A stretch of DNA of 64,000 nt, taken from contig OX597839.1 in the NCBI GenBank assembly GCA_951406725.2, forward strand, positions 30,194,001-30,258,000, in the 5' to 3' direction. This document shows positions 26,835 to 38,479 of the stretch, piece after piece. The notes under the pieces were generated by a model. It was not told where the DNA came from and searched no databases. It saw only the letters and a list, made by a program, of their open reading frames with translations. Both the position numbers and the translations under genes were made by a program. Numbering within the stretch: position 1 is the first letter of the stretch; every line of letters starts with the position of its first letter. The stretch comes from Octopus vulgaris. Lineage: Eukaryota.

Positions 26835-26840
26835 AATAAA
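26835..26840 (+). terminator. Probable polyadenylation signal of UQCR10
   Basis: AATAAA ~195 nt after the stop, followed by a GT/T-rich tract. Confidence 0.55.
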
Positions 26841-26941
26841 AAGTAAAACTGAAAAATAATAAGTTTGTTGGTTTTTATTTATATGTATTTATATTGATTT
26901 GTTTTTGTAGTTATTAAGAAGATGTAATTGGAACTTTGATA

Positions 26942-27752
26942 CATGGTCTGATTAATAAGTTTCCAGACTGTTGCTATAGTAACAAAGCTAAAGCATGGAA
27001 AGTGAAGCCACTTGGCATGGATTCACTTTGAACTCTGCTGTGCATTCACACTAAGTTTTAACATTGTAGCTCACTTCTGCTGTTTACAGCAGTGCTTGGA
27101 AGTAAGGTGTGTAGCATGCAATTGTTGCATTAACCATGACAGAGGAATTTGAATAGAGAATCTGCATCAAATTTTGCCAAAAGTTTGGCAATATCTGCTC
27201 AGAGGCCTACATAAAGTTTTCAAAAAGTTTTCATTGTTCTCGACACAATCCAGATATCTTTTTGGTCAGCTGAAAGCAGTTTTACCACAAACTTGGCAGA
27301 CATGCATCTCATACCCAAATATTCAGGGATAATGGACTGAACTGAACCGTAACTAATCTGCACATCCTTCAATAACTCACTGATGGGGATTCGACAATTT
27401 CCCCTCACAGCTGCGATGTTTTTCTCAATTCTGCTGGTTGTGGGTCTCTCAATATCAAAATTTTTATGGCCATCTTGGAAAGGTCTGAACCACTCATGCT
27501 CTTTCTGCAACATTGCGTAGGCCTCTGAGCAGGTCTTGCCATGACAACTTTCTTTGTCATGGTCAAAGCAACAATCACATGCTACACACCTTCCTTCCAA
27601 TCACTGCTGTAAACAGCTGAAGTGAGCTACAATGTTAAAACTTAGTGTACATGCACAGCAGAGTTCAAGATCAATTTGTGCCAAGTGGCTTCACTCTGCA
27701 TGTGTTAGCTTCATTACTATGGCAACAGTCTGGATACTTATTGATCAGACCT
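26942..27752. mobile_element. Mariner-derived fold-back element made of two 5' ends (~190-bp inverted arms)
   Basis: ggtctgattaataagtttccagactgttgc pairs with gcaacagtctggatacttattgatcagacc; transposase N-terminus read on both strands. Confidence 0.82.
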
Positions 27753-30419
27753 TGTTAGTTTCATTAGATCCCTCCTTGGGCCTTCATCAACAACTATAAA
27801 TCTATTCTGAAGTATGGTATTCTTCTTACTGCAATCAGTCATTGGACAAGATGTTTTTAAGTTTTTATATCTGTTCCATTATTTTGTTTGGTATTTATTT
27901 TATAAATATCAGAAACAGGGAAAGAAAAGTCAGTTTTGCCATGAAAGAACATTATCAATACAAGGCATTTTTGTTCAATGTTTTTTTTTTCCCCACCGTT
28001 GCATTCAGCCTCCAAGTATATAAATACAGATGAGATACACTGAATGAAGTTAAAATATACTTTCTAAATCCTTCGCTGGAACTTAAACCAATGGAAAACA
28101 CTTTTCTTATTCTTCTCACACACAGGAAAACCAAAAGAGAATAACATGATATACTTACATCTGTTTTGTTTGGATTTTGGAAGCTTTAAAGGCTACTTTA
28201 ACTGCATAAAATTCATCTTAAACGTTTATAATACTCTGCTATTATCAAATTCATTTTATGTCTGCTTTCTATGCTGTTAGAGCCTGAACAAGTCATCACA
28301 ATCCTAGCTGGTTCTTGTTCAGAGTTGGTGCATTTCTACATGGGACAGGGAACCACATCCCCCTCATATGGTTACATATCCTTCTAGTTACTAACCACTT
28401 ACCTGAGTGTATTGGGTTGCATTTTATCATGGCACTAGCACTAGAGACAGCCATTACACAATGCCTTGAGTCTGGCTGTCAATAATTATTGAAAAATATG
28501 TAAAAAAAAATCTAAATAAATATTAATCTTGAATGCTCTGATATAGACACAAGACTATATTAGTGTTTCTACATACGGGAATAGGATGCAGGTGCCGAGG
28601 CTGTAATGATTATAAAGTAAAATATAAGATTGAATATTAAAAGAAAACGAGAGATTCATTTAGTTCTTTACATTCATTGTTGAGCTTGTCTGTGAAAATA
28701 GTCTTTTCTCTGTTGATCCTGATTGCAGTACATCAGTGATGGTGCCACATAAAAAGCACTTAGTCCACTTTGTATAGTGGTTGGCATTAGGAAGGACATC
28801 CAGCCATAGAAACGACATCAAAACAGACAATGGAGCCAGGTGAGCTCCTCTCAAACCATCCAACCTATGCCAGCATGGAAAAAGGATGTTAAATGAGGAT
28901 TATGACAGTTGTGTGTAGCAACCACATTCCAGATGTGGGTGCAGTTCTTTATTGAGGGCTCCACTTGAGACTCAAAGAGTGTCAGCAGCTATTGGGGTCT
29001 CAATTATTTTCTGGCTCTGAAGTGAAGGGCCAACCTTTGGGATGCAGTCTTAGCTATGTTCATGTCTTTAGTGATGGTAAAGTCCATCATTTGCATCCAA
29101 AACTAGTATTTCCACTCTTTTAGCTTTGTTACTATAGCAACAGTCTGGAAACTTATTAATCAGACCATGTATCAAAGTTGCCTAGGGACAGAAACAACTA
29201 CATCAATGGATATCCTTATATTTTAGGCTCTAATGACCCCACTCTGGCGCTCATACATACTTTCATATCACATCTGCCTCAGTCAACCTTTTCCTTTCAA
29301 GCTGACAAACCCAGCAGAATGGCAACAAGTTACAATAACAGACACACATACACTACTGTTACCCCGAGATGCTAGAGATAGCAGCTATATCACTAGCATT
29401 CAAAACGACAGTAGTGACAGGCTGACCATAGTAAATATTATGTTGAAGAATAACTTGGAAATTTACAATTTTAATGAGAAAATTAGATTATTAACGATGA
29501 ACAAGCAAGAGGCAGTGACACGTTCGACCAATGCGCTAGAATTAGCAGCTGAATTTCTTGTTAAAATTATAATTCCAACGGTTTTGTATTTGGTTTGCAA
29601 GATTATTGATATGAATTCGTGTGTTGACACACATTTTGTAGTGTCTTGGGAACGCACAGGTACAATTGCACTTCTTTATTGTTATTCAGTTGGTTAAATA
29701 TCGAACCAAATAACTGATCGAGCGTAAAAAATCAATTGGTTGTTTGTTTGTCAAAGTTCTTTCGTCGCCGTTTTGTAACTTCTCTTACTTCAAAGTTTTT
29801 TGTTATTATTGGCATAAGGACTCTCTCAAGATGTCAAAGAATTTTGTCGTTAAAATTTACCAAAATTCACGAAGAATTTAATAATTTTAACATGTGATAT
29901 AGCTGCTATTTCTAACATATTTCTAGTACGTGCGTATATTACATGTTTGCGTGTGTCGCTGTTGCATTCACTCTGGTTTGAGGTGAAAGAAAGAAAAGGG
30001 GGAAATGATGATATTGGAGGGTATGAGAGCTCTTGCTCCAACTCCTCAACCCCAAAAGTATAACCTGTATGCGATGTATTTTATTTTAAATGGTTGTTGA
30101 AATCAAAGAGAATATTAAAATAAGGAGTAAATCCAATAAATAAGAGGAAAAAGACGGGAATGAAGATGAGAGGTTTTAGACATACTAAGGGAGAAAACTC
30201 GTATGGATATGAAAAAAATTATTGGAAACCTAAAATGTTAACATTTAAAAAATATTAATTATTATCCCAGTTGTATTTGTTTGATAATAGTATTGCTCTA
30301 AATTTGTGGGTTGAAGCTGAGTAATTATATCGTGGAAGAGAATAAAAGTCAATGCATGAGTAATTTTCAATAAATAATACAGGAGTATATGTGGTTTAAA
30401 AGTATACCATTTGTGAGAT

Positions 30420-31231
30420 AATAAAGAGATGCGCAGAAATGGCAGGAGCTACTCAGAGGCATTCCAAACTCTTCTGAATTCATCACAATGTCCGAAATCC
30501 TTCCATATCTGTCCTCAGCCAGTTGTTTAGATGGGTCTTAGAGTCTTTGGTATTGCCATTATTCTTAAAGGTACAATTATAATTCTTCTTAAGACATCGA
30601 ACTCCTTTTTCTGGATTGCTGGAATCTCAGACCCCTGAATGTTTCCATATCAAACACCGAGATCTTGCAGAGATCTTGAACTTCATACATGACCATGTAA
30701 CCATCTCAAGCTCAATGTCTGCTGTGTTCTTTGGATTGGTGGTATCATGATCGTTATGTCATCCACGAAAGCCTTGCGGACCGGGTACCCCGTGATATCA
30801 ATTTCTGAACCTCTCACTTCCTTTCCTACAAGTCCAAGCCGTATGTTCATGGCTGTCACGAATGGAACCACGAAAATTGTACAATATGCCATCATGATCT
30901 TTCTAGTTTCAGCCATTTAATGCTGATATTTCCCTCGGTGAACCTTATTTTCAACGAATCCATGTGCGACAGTACGATTGACTACTGCTGATAGTATTTT
31001 CATGTAGTTCACTGCATTTTGGATTACCTGGTGGGACTGGTTGTTAATGTATGTTCGAGGCATCCACAATAGCCACCCCACCATGACAACCATGGCCAAC
31101 ATTTTTGGAAACTCGTGTCGATACAATCGTTAGCCAGGAGATATGTCGTTAATCTTTTAGCAAAGATAGATCGACATTTAATAAGAAGATCTCAAGAAAC
31201 TGATCAAGTCCTCATGAGCCTTCAGCGAGTG
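30420..31231 (-). mobile_element. HERO/NeSL (R2-group) non-LTR retrotransposon RT remnant, portion 3' of the satellite
   Basis: Minus-strand fragments TLAEG, DQFLEIFLLNV, AKRLTTYLLANDCIDTS, WLKLE, FVTAMN, KAFVDDIT. Confidence 0.78.
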
Positions 31232-34200
31232 TCCCGAGCTAAGGCTCCCGTGCCAAGGCTCCCGTACCAAGGCTCCCGTGCCAAGGCTCCCGTGCCAAGG
31301 TTCCCGGGCCAAGGCTTCCTTGCCAAGGATCCCGAGCCAAGGCTCCCGTGCCAAGGATCCCGAGCCAAGGCTCCAGAGCCAAGGCTCCCGTGCCAAGAAT
31401 CCCGTGCCAAGGCTCCCGTGTCAAGGATCCCGTGCCAAGGCTCCGTGCCAAGGCTCCCGAGCCAAGGCTCCCGTGCCAAGGCTCCCAGGCCAATGCTCCC
31501 GTCTCAAGGATTCCGAGCCAAGGCTCCCGTGCCAAGGATCCCGAACCAAGGCTCCCGTGCCAAGGCTCCCGGGCAAAGGCTCCCAGGCCAAGGCTCCCGT
31601 GCCAAGGCTCCCGGGCCAAGGCTCCCATGCCAAGGTTCCCGTGCCAAGGCTCCCGTGCCAAGGCTCCGGTACCAAGGCTCCCGAGCCAAGGCTCCCATGC
31701 CAAGGTTCCCGTGCCAAGGCACCCGTGCCAAGGCTCCGGTACCAAGGCTCCCGAGCCAAGGCTCCCATGCCAAGGTTCCCGTGCCAAGGCTCCCGTCTCA
31801 AGGCTCCCGTGCCAAGGCTCCCGTGCCAAGGCTCCCGGGCCAAGGCTCCCGTCTCAAGGATTCCGAGCCAAGGCTCCCGTGCCAAGGATCCCGTGCCAAG
31901 GCTCCCGGGCAAAGGCTCCCAGGCCAAGGCTCCCGTGCCAAGGCTCCCGGGCCAAGGCTCCCATGCCAAGGTTCCCGTGCCAAGGCTCCCGTGCCAAGGC
32001 TCCGGTACCAAGGCTCCCGAGCCAAGGCTCCCATGCCAAGGTTCCCGTGCCAAGGCTCCCGTCTCAAGGCTCCCGTGCCAAGGCTCCCGTGCCAAGGCTC
32101 CCGTGCCAAGGCTCCCGTGCCAAGGCTCCCGGGCCAAGGCTCCCGTGCCAAGGCTCCCGTCCCAAGGATTCCGTGCCAAGGCTCCCGTGCCAAGGCTCCC
32201 GAGCCAAGGCTCCCGTGCCAAGGCTCCCGTGCCAAGGCTCCCGTGCCAAGGCTCCCGTGCCAAGGCTCCCGGGCCAAGGCTCCCGGGCCAAGGCTCCCGT
32301 GCCAAGGCTCCTGTTCCAAGGATCCCGTGCCAAGGCTCCAGAGCCAAGGCTCCAGAGCCAAGGCTCCAGAGCCAAGGCTCCCGTGCCAAGGCTCCCGTGC
32401 CAAGGCTCCCGTGCCAAGGCTTCCGTGCCAAGGCTCCCGTGCCAAGGCTCCCGGGCCAAGGCTCCCGTGCCAAGGCTCCCTCCCGTTCCAAGGCACCCGT
32501 GCCAAGTCACCCGTGCCAAGGCTCCCGTGCCAAAGCTCCCGGGCCAAGGCTCCCGTGCCAAGGCTTCCGGGCCAAGGCTCCCGTGCCAAGGCTCCCGTTC
32601 CAAGGATCCCGTGCCAAGGCTCCCGTGCAAGGCTTCCGGGCCAAGGCTTCCTTGCCAAGGCTCCCGTGCCAAGGCTTCCGGGCCAAGGCTCCCGTGCCAA
32701 GGCTTCCGGGCCAAGGCTTCCCTGCCAAGGATCCCGAGCCAAGGCTCCCGTGCCAAGGCTTCCGGGCCAAGGCTCCCGTGCCAAGGCTCCCGTTCCAAGG
32801 CTCCCGTGCCAAGGCTCCAGGGCCAAGGCTCCCGTGCCAAGGCTCCCGTGCCAAGGCTCCCATGCCAAGGCTCCCGTGCCAAGGCTTCCGGGCCAAGGCT
32901 TCCTTGCCAAGGATCCCGAGCCAAGGCTCCCGTGCCAAGGTTCCCGTTCCAAGGCTCCCGTGCCAAGGCTTCCGGGCCAAGGCTCCCGTGCCAAGGCTCC
33001 CGTTCCAAGGCTCCCGTTCCAAGGCTCCCGTTCCAAGGCTCCCGGGCCAAGGCTCCAGTGCCAAGGCTCCCGTGCCAAGGCTCCCGGTCCAAGGCTCCCG
33101 CCTCAAGGATTCCGAGCCAAGGCTCCCATGCCAAGGATCCCGAGCCAAGGCTCCCGTGCCAAGGCTCCCGGGCCAAGGCTCCCGTGCCAAGGCTCCCGGG
33201 CCAAGGCTCCCGTGCCAAGGTTCCCGTGCCAAGGCTCCCATGCCAAGGCTCCCGTACCAAGGCTCCCATGCCAAGGTTCCCGTGCCAAGGCTCCCGTCTC
33301 AAGGCTCCCGTGCCAAGGCTCCCGTGCCAAGGCTCCCGTACCAAGGCTCCAGTGCCAAGGCTCCCGGGCCAAGGCTCCCGTGCCAAGGCTCCCGTTCCAA
33401 GGCTCCCGTGCCAAGGCTCCCGTGCCAAGGCTCCCATGCCAAGACTCCCGTGCCAAGGCTCCCATGCCAAGGCTCCCGTGCCAAGGCTCCCAGGCCAAGG
33501 CTCACGTGCCAAGGCTCCCGGGCTAAGGCTCCCGGGCCAAGGCTCCCGTGCCAAGGGCCCAGGTCAAGGCTCCCATGCCAAGGCTCCCGTGCCAAGGCTC
33601 CCGGGCCAAGGCTCCCGTGCCAAGGCTCCCAGGTCAAGGTTCCCGTGCCAAGGCTCCCGTTCCAAGGCTCCCGTGCCAAGGCTCCCGTGCCAAGGCTCCC
33701 GGGCAAAGGCTCCCGTGCCAAGGCTCCCGGGCCAAGGCTCCCATGCCAAGGCTCCCAGGTCAAGGTTCCCGTGCCAAGGCTCCCGTTCCAAGGCTCCCGT
33801 GCCAAGGCTCCCGTGCCAAGGCTCCCGTGCCAAGGCTTCCGGGCCAAGGCTCCCGTGCCAAGGCTCCCGGGCCAAGGCTCCCGGGCCAAGGCTCCCGTGC
33901 CAAGGCTCCCGTGCCAAGGCACCCGTGCCAAGGCTCCCGTTGCAAGGATCCCGTGCCAAGGCTCCCGTGCAAGGCTTCCGGGCCAAGGCTTCCTTGCCAA
34001 GGCTCCCGTGCCAAGGCTTCCGGGCCAAGGCTCCCGTGCCAAGGCTTCCGGGCCAAGGCTTCCGTGCCAAGGATCCCGAGCCAAGGCTCCCGTGCCAAGG
34101 CTTCCGAGACAACGCTCCCGTGCCAAGGCTCCTGGGCCAAGGCTCCCGTGCCAAGGCTCCCGTGCCAAGGCTCCCATGCCAAGGCTCCCGTGCCAAGGCT

Positions 34201-37116
34201 TCCGGGCCAGGGCTTCCTTGCCAAGGATCCCGAGCCAAGGCTCCCGTTCCAAGGCTCCCGTGCCAAGGCTCCCGAGCCAAGGCTCCCGGGCCAAGGCTCC
34301 CGTGCCAAGGCTCCCGGGCCAAGGCTCCCGTGCCAAGGCTCCCGTGCCAAGGCTCCCGTGCCAAGGCTCCCGGTCCAAGGCTCCCGTCTCAAGGATTCCG
34401 AGCCAAGGCTCCCATGCCAAGGATCCCGAGCCAAGGCTCCCGTGCCAAGGCTCCCGGGCCAAGGCTCCCGTGCCAAGGCTCCCGGGCCAAGGTTCCCGTG
34501 CCAAGGCTCCCATGCCAAGGCTCCCGTACCAAGGCTCCCATGCCAAGGTTCCCGTGCCAAGGCTCCCGTCTCAAGGCTCCCGTGCCAAGGCTCCCGTGCC
34601 AAGGCTCCCGTACCAAGGCTCCCGTGCCAAGGTTCCCGGGTCAAGGCTCCCGTGCCAAGGCTCCCGTGCCAAGGCTCCCGTCCCAAGGCTCCCGTGCCAA
34701 GGCTCCCGTGCCAAGGCTCCCGTGCCAAGGCTCCCGGGCCAAGGCTCCCGTGCCAAGGCTCCCGGGCCAAGGCTCCCGTGCCAAGGCTCCCGTGCCAAGG
34801 CTCCCGTGCCAAGGCTCCCGTGCCAAGGCTCCCGGGCCAAGGCTCCCGTGCCAAGGATCCCGTGCCAAGGCTCCCGTGCCAAGGCTTCCGGGCCAAGGCT
34901 TCCTTGCCAAGGATCCCGAGCCAAGGCTCCCTTGCCAAGGCTTCCGGGCCAAGGCTCCCGTGCCAAGGCTCCCGGGCCAAGGCTCCCGTGCCAAGGCTCC
35001 CGTGCCAAGGCTCCCGTGGCCAAGGCTCCCGTGCCAAGGCTTCCGGGCAAAGGCTTCCTTGCCAAGGATCCCGAGCCAAGGCTCCTGTGCCAAGGCTCCC
35101 GTTCCAAGGCTCCCATGCCAAGGTTCCCGTGCCAAGGCTCCCGGGCCAAGGCTCCCGTGCCAAGGCTCCCGTTCCAAGGCTCCCGTGCCAAGGCTCCTGG
35201 GCCAAGGCTCCCGTGCCAAGGCTCCCGTGCCAAGGTTCCCAGGCCAAGGCTTCCTTGCCAAGGATCCCGAGCCAAGGCTCCCGTGCCAAGGCTCCCGGGC
35301 AAAGGCTCCCGGGCCAAGGCTCCCGTGCCAAGGCTCCCGTGCCAAGGCTCCCGTGCCAAGGTTCCCGTGCCAAGGCTCCCATGCCAAGGCTCCCGTACCA
35401 AGGTTCCCATGCCAAGGCTCCCGAGCCAAGGCTCCCGTGCCAAGGCTCCCGTGCCAAGGCTCCCGTGCCAAGGCTCCCGTACCAAGGCTCCCGTGCCAAG
35501 GTTCCCGGGTCTAGGCTCCCGTGCCAAAGCTCCCGAGCCAAGGCTCCCATGCCAAGGTTCCCGTGCCAAGGCTCCCGTGCCAAGGCTCCCGTGCCAAGGC
35601 TCCCATGCCAAGGCTCCCAGGCCAAAGCTCCCGTGCCAAGGCTCCCGGGCCAAGGCTCCCGGGCCAAGGCTCCCGTCTCAAGGATTCCGAGCCAAGGCTC
35701 CCGTGCCAAGGATCCGGAGCCAAGGCTCCCGTGCCAAGACTCCCGTGCCAAGTCTCCCGGGCCAAGGCTCCCGGGCCAAGTCTCCCGGGCCAAGGCTCCC
35801 GGGCCAAGGCTCCCGGGCCAAGGCTCCCGTGCCAAGGATCCCGAGCCAAGGTTCCTGTGCCAAGGATCCCAGGCCAAGGCTCCTGTGCCAAGGCTCCCGG
35901 GCCAAGGCTCCCGTGCCAAGGCTCCCGTGCCAAGTCTCCCGTACCAAGGCTCCCGTGCCAAGGTTCCCGGGTCAAGGCTCCCGTGCCAAAGCTCCCGAGC
36001 CAAGGCTCCCATGCCAAGGTTCCCGTGCCAAGGCTCCCGTGCCAAGGCTCCCGTGCCAAGGCTCCCATGCCAAGGCTCCCGGGCCAAAGCTCCCGTGCCA
36101 AGGCTCCCGGGCCAAAGCTCCCGGGCCAAGGCTCCCGTCTCAAGGATTCCGAGCCAAGGCTCCCGTGCCAAGGATCCGGAGCCAAGGCTCCCGTGCCAAG
36201 ACTCCCGTGCCAAGTCTCCCGGGCCAAGTCTCCCGGGCCAAGGCTCCCGGGCCAAGGCTCCCGTGCCAAGGATCCCGAGCCAAGGTTCCTGTGCCAAGGA
36301 TCCCAGGCCAAGGCTCCTGTGCCAAGGCTCCCGGGCCAAGGCTCCCGTGCCAAGGCTCCCGTGCCAAGGCTCCCGGGCCAAGGCTCCTGTGCCAAGGCTC
36401 CCGTGCCAAGGCTCCCGGGCCAATTTCCCGTGCCGAGGCTCCTGTACCAAGGCTCCCGGGCCAAGGCTCCCGGGCCAAGGCTCCCGGGCCAAGGCTCCCG
36501 GGCCAAGGATCCCGAGCCAAGGTTCCTGTGCCAAGGATCCCAGGCCAAGGCTCCTGTGCCAAGGCTCCCGGGCCAAGGCTCCCGTGCCAAAGCTCCCGTG
36601 CCAAGGCTCCCGGGCCAAGGCTCCCGGGCCAAGGCTCCTGTGCCAAGGCTCCCGTGCCAAGGCTCCCGGGCCAATTTCCCGTGCCAAGGCTCCCGTACCA
36701 AGGCTCCCGGGCCAAGGCTTCCGTTCCAAGGCTCCCGTTCCAAGGCTCCCATGCCAAGGCTCCCGTGCCAAGGCTCCCGGGCCAAGGCTCCCGTGCCAAG
36801 GCTCCCGTGCCAAGGCTCCCGTGCCAAGGCTCCTGTGCCAAGGCTCCCGTGCCAAGGCTCCCGTGCCAAGGCTCCCGTTCCAAGGCACCCGTGCCAAAGA
36901 TCCCGTGCCAAGGCTCCCGTGCCAAGGCTCCCGGGCCAAGGCTCCCGTGCCAAGGCTCCCGGGCCAAGGCTCCCGTGCCAAGGCTCCCGGGTCAAGGCTC
37001 CCGTGCCAAGGCTCCCGGGCCAAGGCTCCCGTGCCAAGGCTCCCGGGCCAAGGCTCCCGGGCCAAGGCTCCCGTACCAAGGATCCCGTGCCAAGGCTCCC
37101 GGGCCAAGGCTCCCAT
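31232..37116. repeat. GC-rich minisatellite/satellite, 14-bp unit GCCAAGGCTCCCGT, ~420 copies with higher-order blocks
   Basis: Direct reading; variant units (ccgggcc, ccgagcc, cccatgcc, ggatccc, ggttccc) recur in patterns. Confidence 0.98.
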
Positions 37117-37780
37117 TTCTTCTTCTAGATAGAATGTAAAAATCTTGCTAGACTCTAGACGGTTCGGGCAGATTTTGTAAACTCCATATGTGGTACCAGA
37201 TGGCCCTGGGGCAGATTCTGCTTGAGCTTTTATCACCACTATCTTGATTTCGTTGATAGTGAATTTTCACATGTTGAAAGGCGTTTGAGGTCTGAGTGTT
37301 GGCTGGGAAAGAACAATTTCTCAATGGAATATTTCTTCAGGGGTCACCGTGCTTTCTGCTGCACTGTTCGCTACCACTTCCATGGAACATAGCCACTTGC
37401 TTTTTGGTTTTCTGAGATGGTCAGCTGTGGACTAGAAGAAATTGTTTTAAAAGGCTTTCAAAGCATTCGCCCAGCCTCTCTCTTTTTCTGGAATTATTCT
37501 TACGCATGAAGCTGGAGCAGGTTTCTTCATAATTCAGAGCTAAGCTCATTAGCTGCTTCTTTTGAACTTTGCTTCATCTGTCTTAACTCTTTTCTCAATT
37601 CTACAATCTGACATTGCCCCACCTACCCCGGGACCAATAACCATCGTCGATCTGGTCAGATACAATTCTACAATTTAATTATAAGTAACAGTAGAATTTG
37701 AGCTCATTTCATTTGACTATACCCCTGGAAAGCGCAAAAGTGGGAGGCTTCTTCGTTTTGTGCTTACAACTGAAAATAAT
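37117..37780 (-). mobile_element. HERO/NeSL retrotransposon remnant, portion 5' of the satellite
   Basis: KAQAESAPGPSGTTYGVYKICP followed by I*KKK, matching the pre-RT motif SAPGP.G..Y.VYK.CP. Confidence 0.78.
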
Positions 37781-38352
37781 GATGTTTCTGTCAGTGATGT
37801 GTAAACATTAAACCATGCAGTTGCCCACTTTTCCATCTTCCATGGCTATAGTCAGATGAAATTGCTCCCGCTAAAGCATGCTTGCAGGTTGAAAGGGTTA
37901 AGCGAAATTCTTTGCAACAAAAATGTCTGTTAATTTGAAGTAAAAGTCTTTTTCCCCAATGTTATCTGGGACTACCTTTTTAACACAGTAAGATATGAGT
38001 TGGCTGCCCCTTCTAGCGGGTTCTTAATTAGCTCACTGTGATTAATGTTGTTCATTATGTTAAAAAATAATTAAATTACTGAGGTTAATTATTCCGAGAT
38101 GCCATTCCAATGAAATGCCATAGTTAAGTTGATGTTCATATGTTCACGACAACATTGCTTTAATTATGAAACCTCATCAGCGAATCCGTGACAAATACAA
38201 AATTGGCGGAAAACGAAACAGTTTGCTCTCCACTAAAGAAGGTACAAAATACAAGCATCGCGGTTAATTGATATTTTCATCTTTCGTCTCAAATGTTTTT
38301 AATTGTTTTCATTTAACGAAACATCGTTGTTGTTTCTAAATATCTAGTAATC

Positions 38353-38479
38353 ATGGGGAAACGATATTACTGTGACTTTTGCGATAAATCTTTCGCAGAT
38401 CTACCGAACAACAGGAAAAAACATATAAATGGAAGTCTTCACCAAAGGATGAGAAAGCAACATTATGATGCGTTCAGAG
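38353..38479 (+). CDS. ZMAT5: Zinc finger matrin-type protein 5 (U11/U12 snRNP 20K), coding exon 1
   Basis: MGKRYYCDFCDKSFADLPNNRKKHINGSLHQRMRKQHYDAFR (U1-type zinc finger; human MGKRYFCDYCDRSF); G|gtttcg donor. Confidence 0.95.

Noticed and set aside
31232-37116. CRISPR-like array
   Set aside because: Head-to-tail units with no unique spacers, no cas genes, and a eukaryotic context
31115-37239. Giant ORFs of up to 1953 aa on both strands
   Set aside because: The 14-bp unit has no stop in any frame, so all six frames are open and give the same repeat peptides. Indel units shift frames freely, with no sign of coding constraint.
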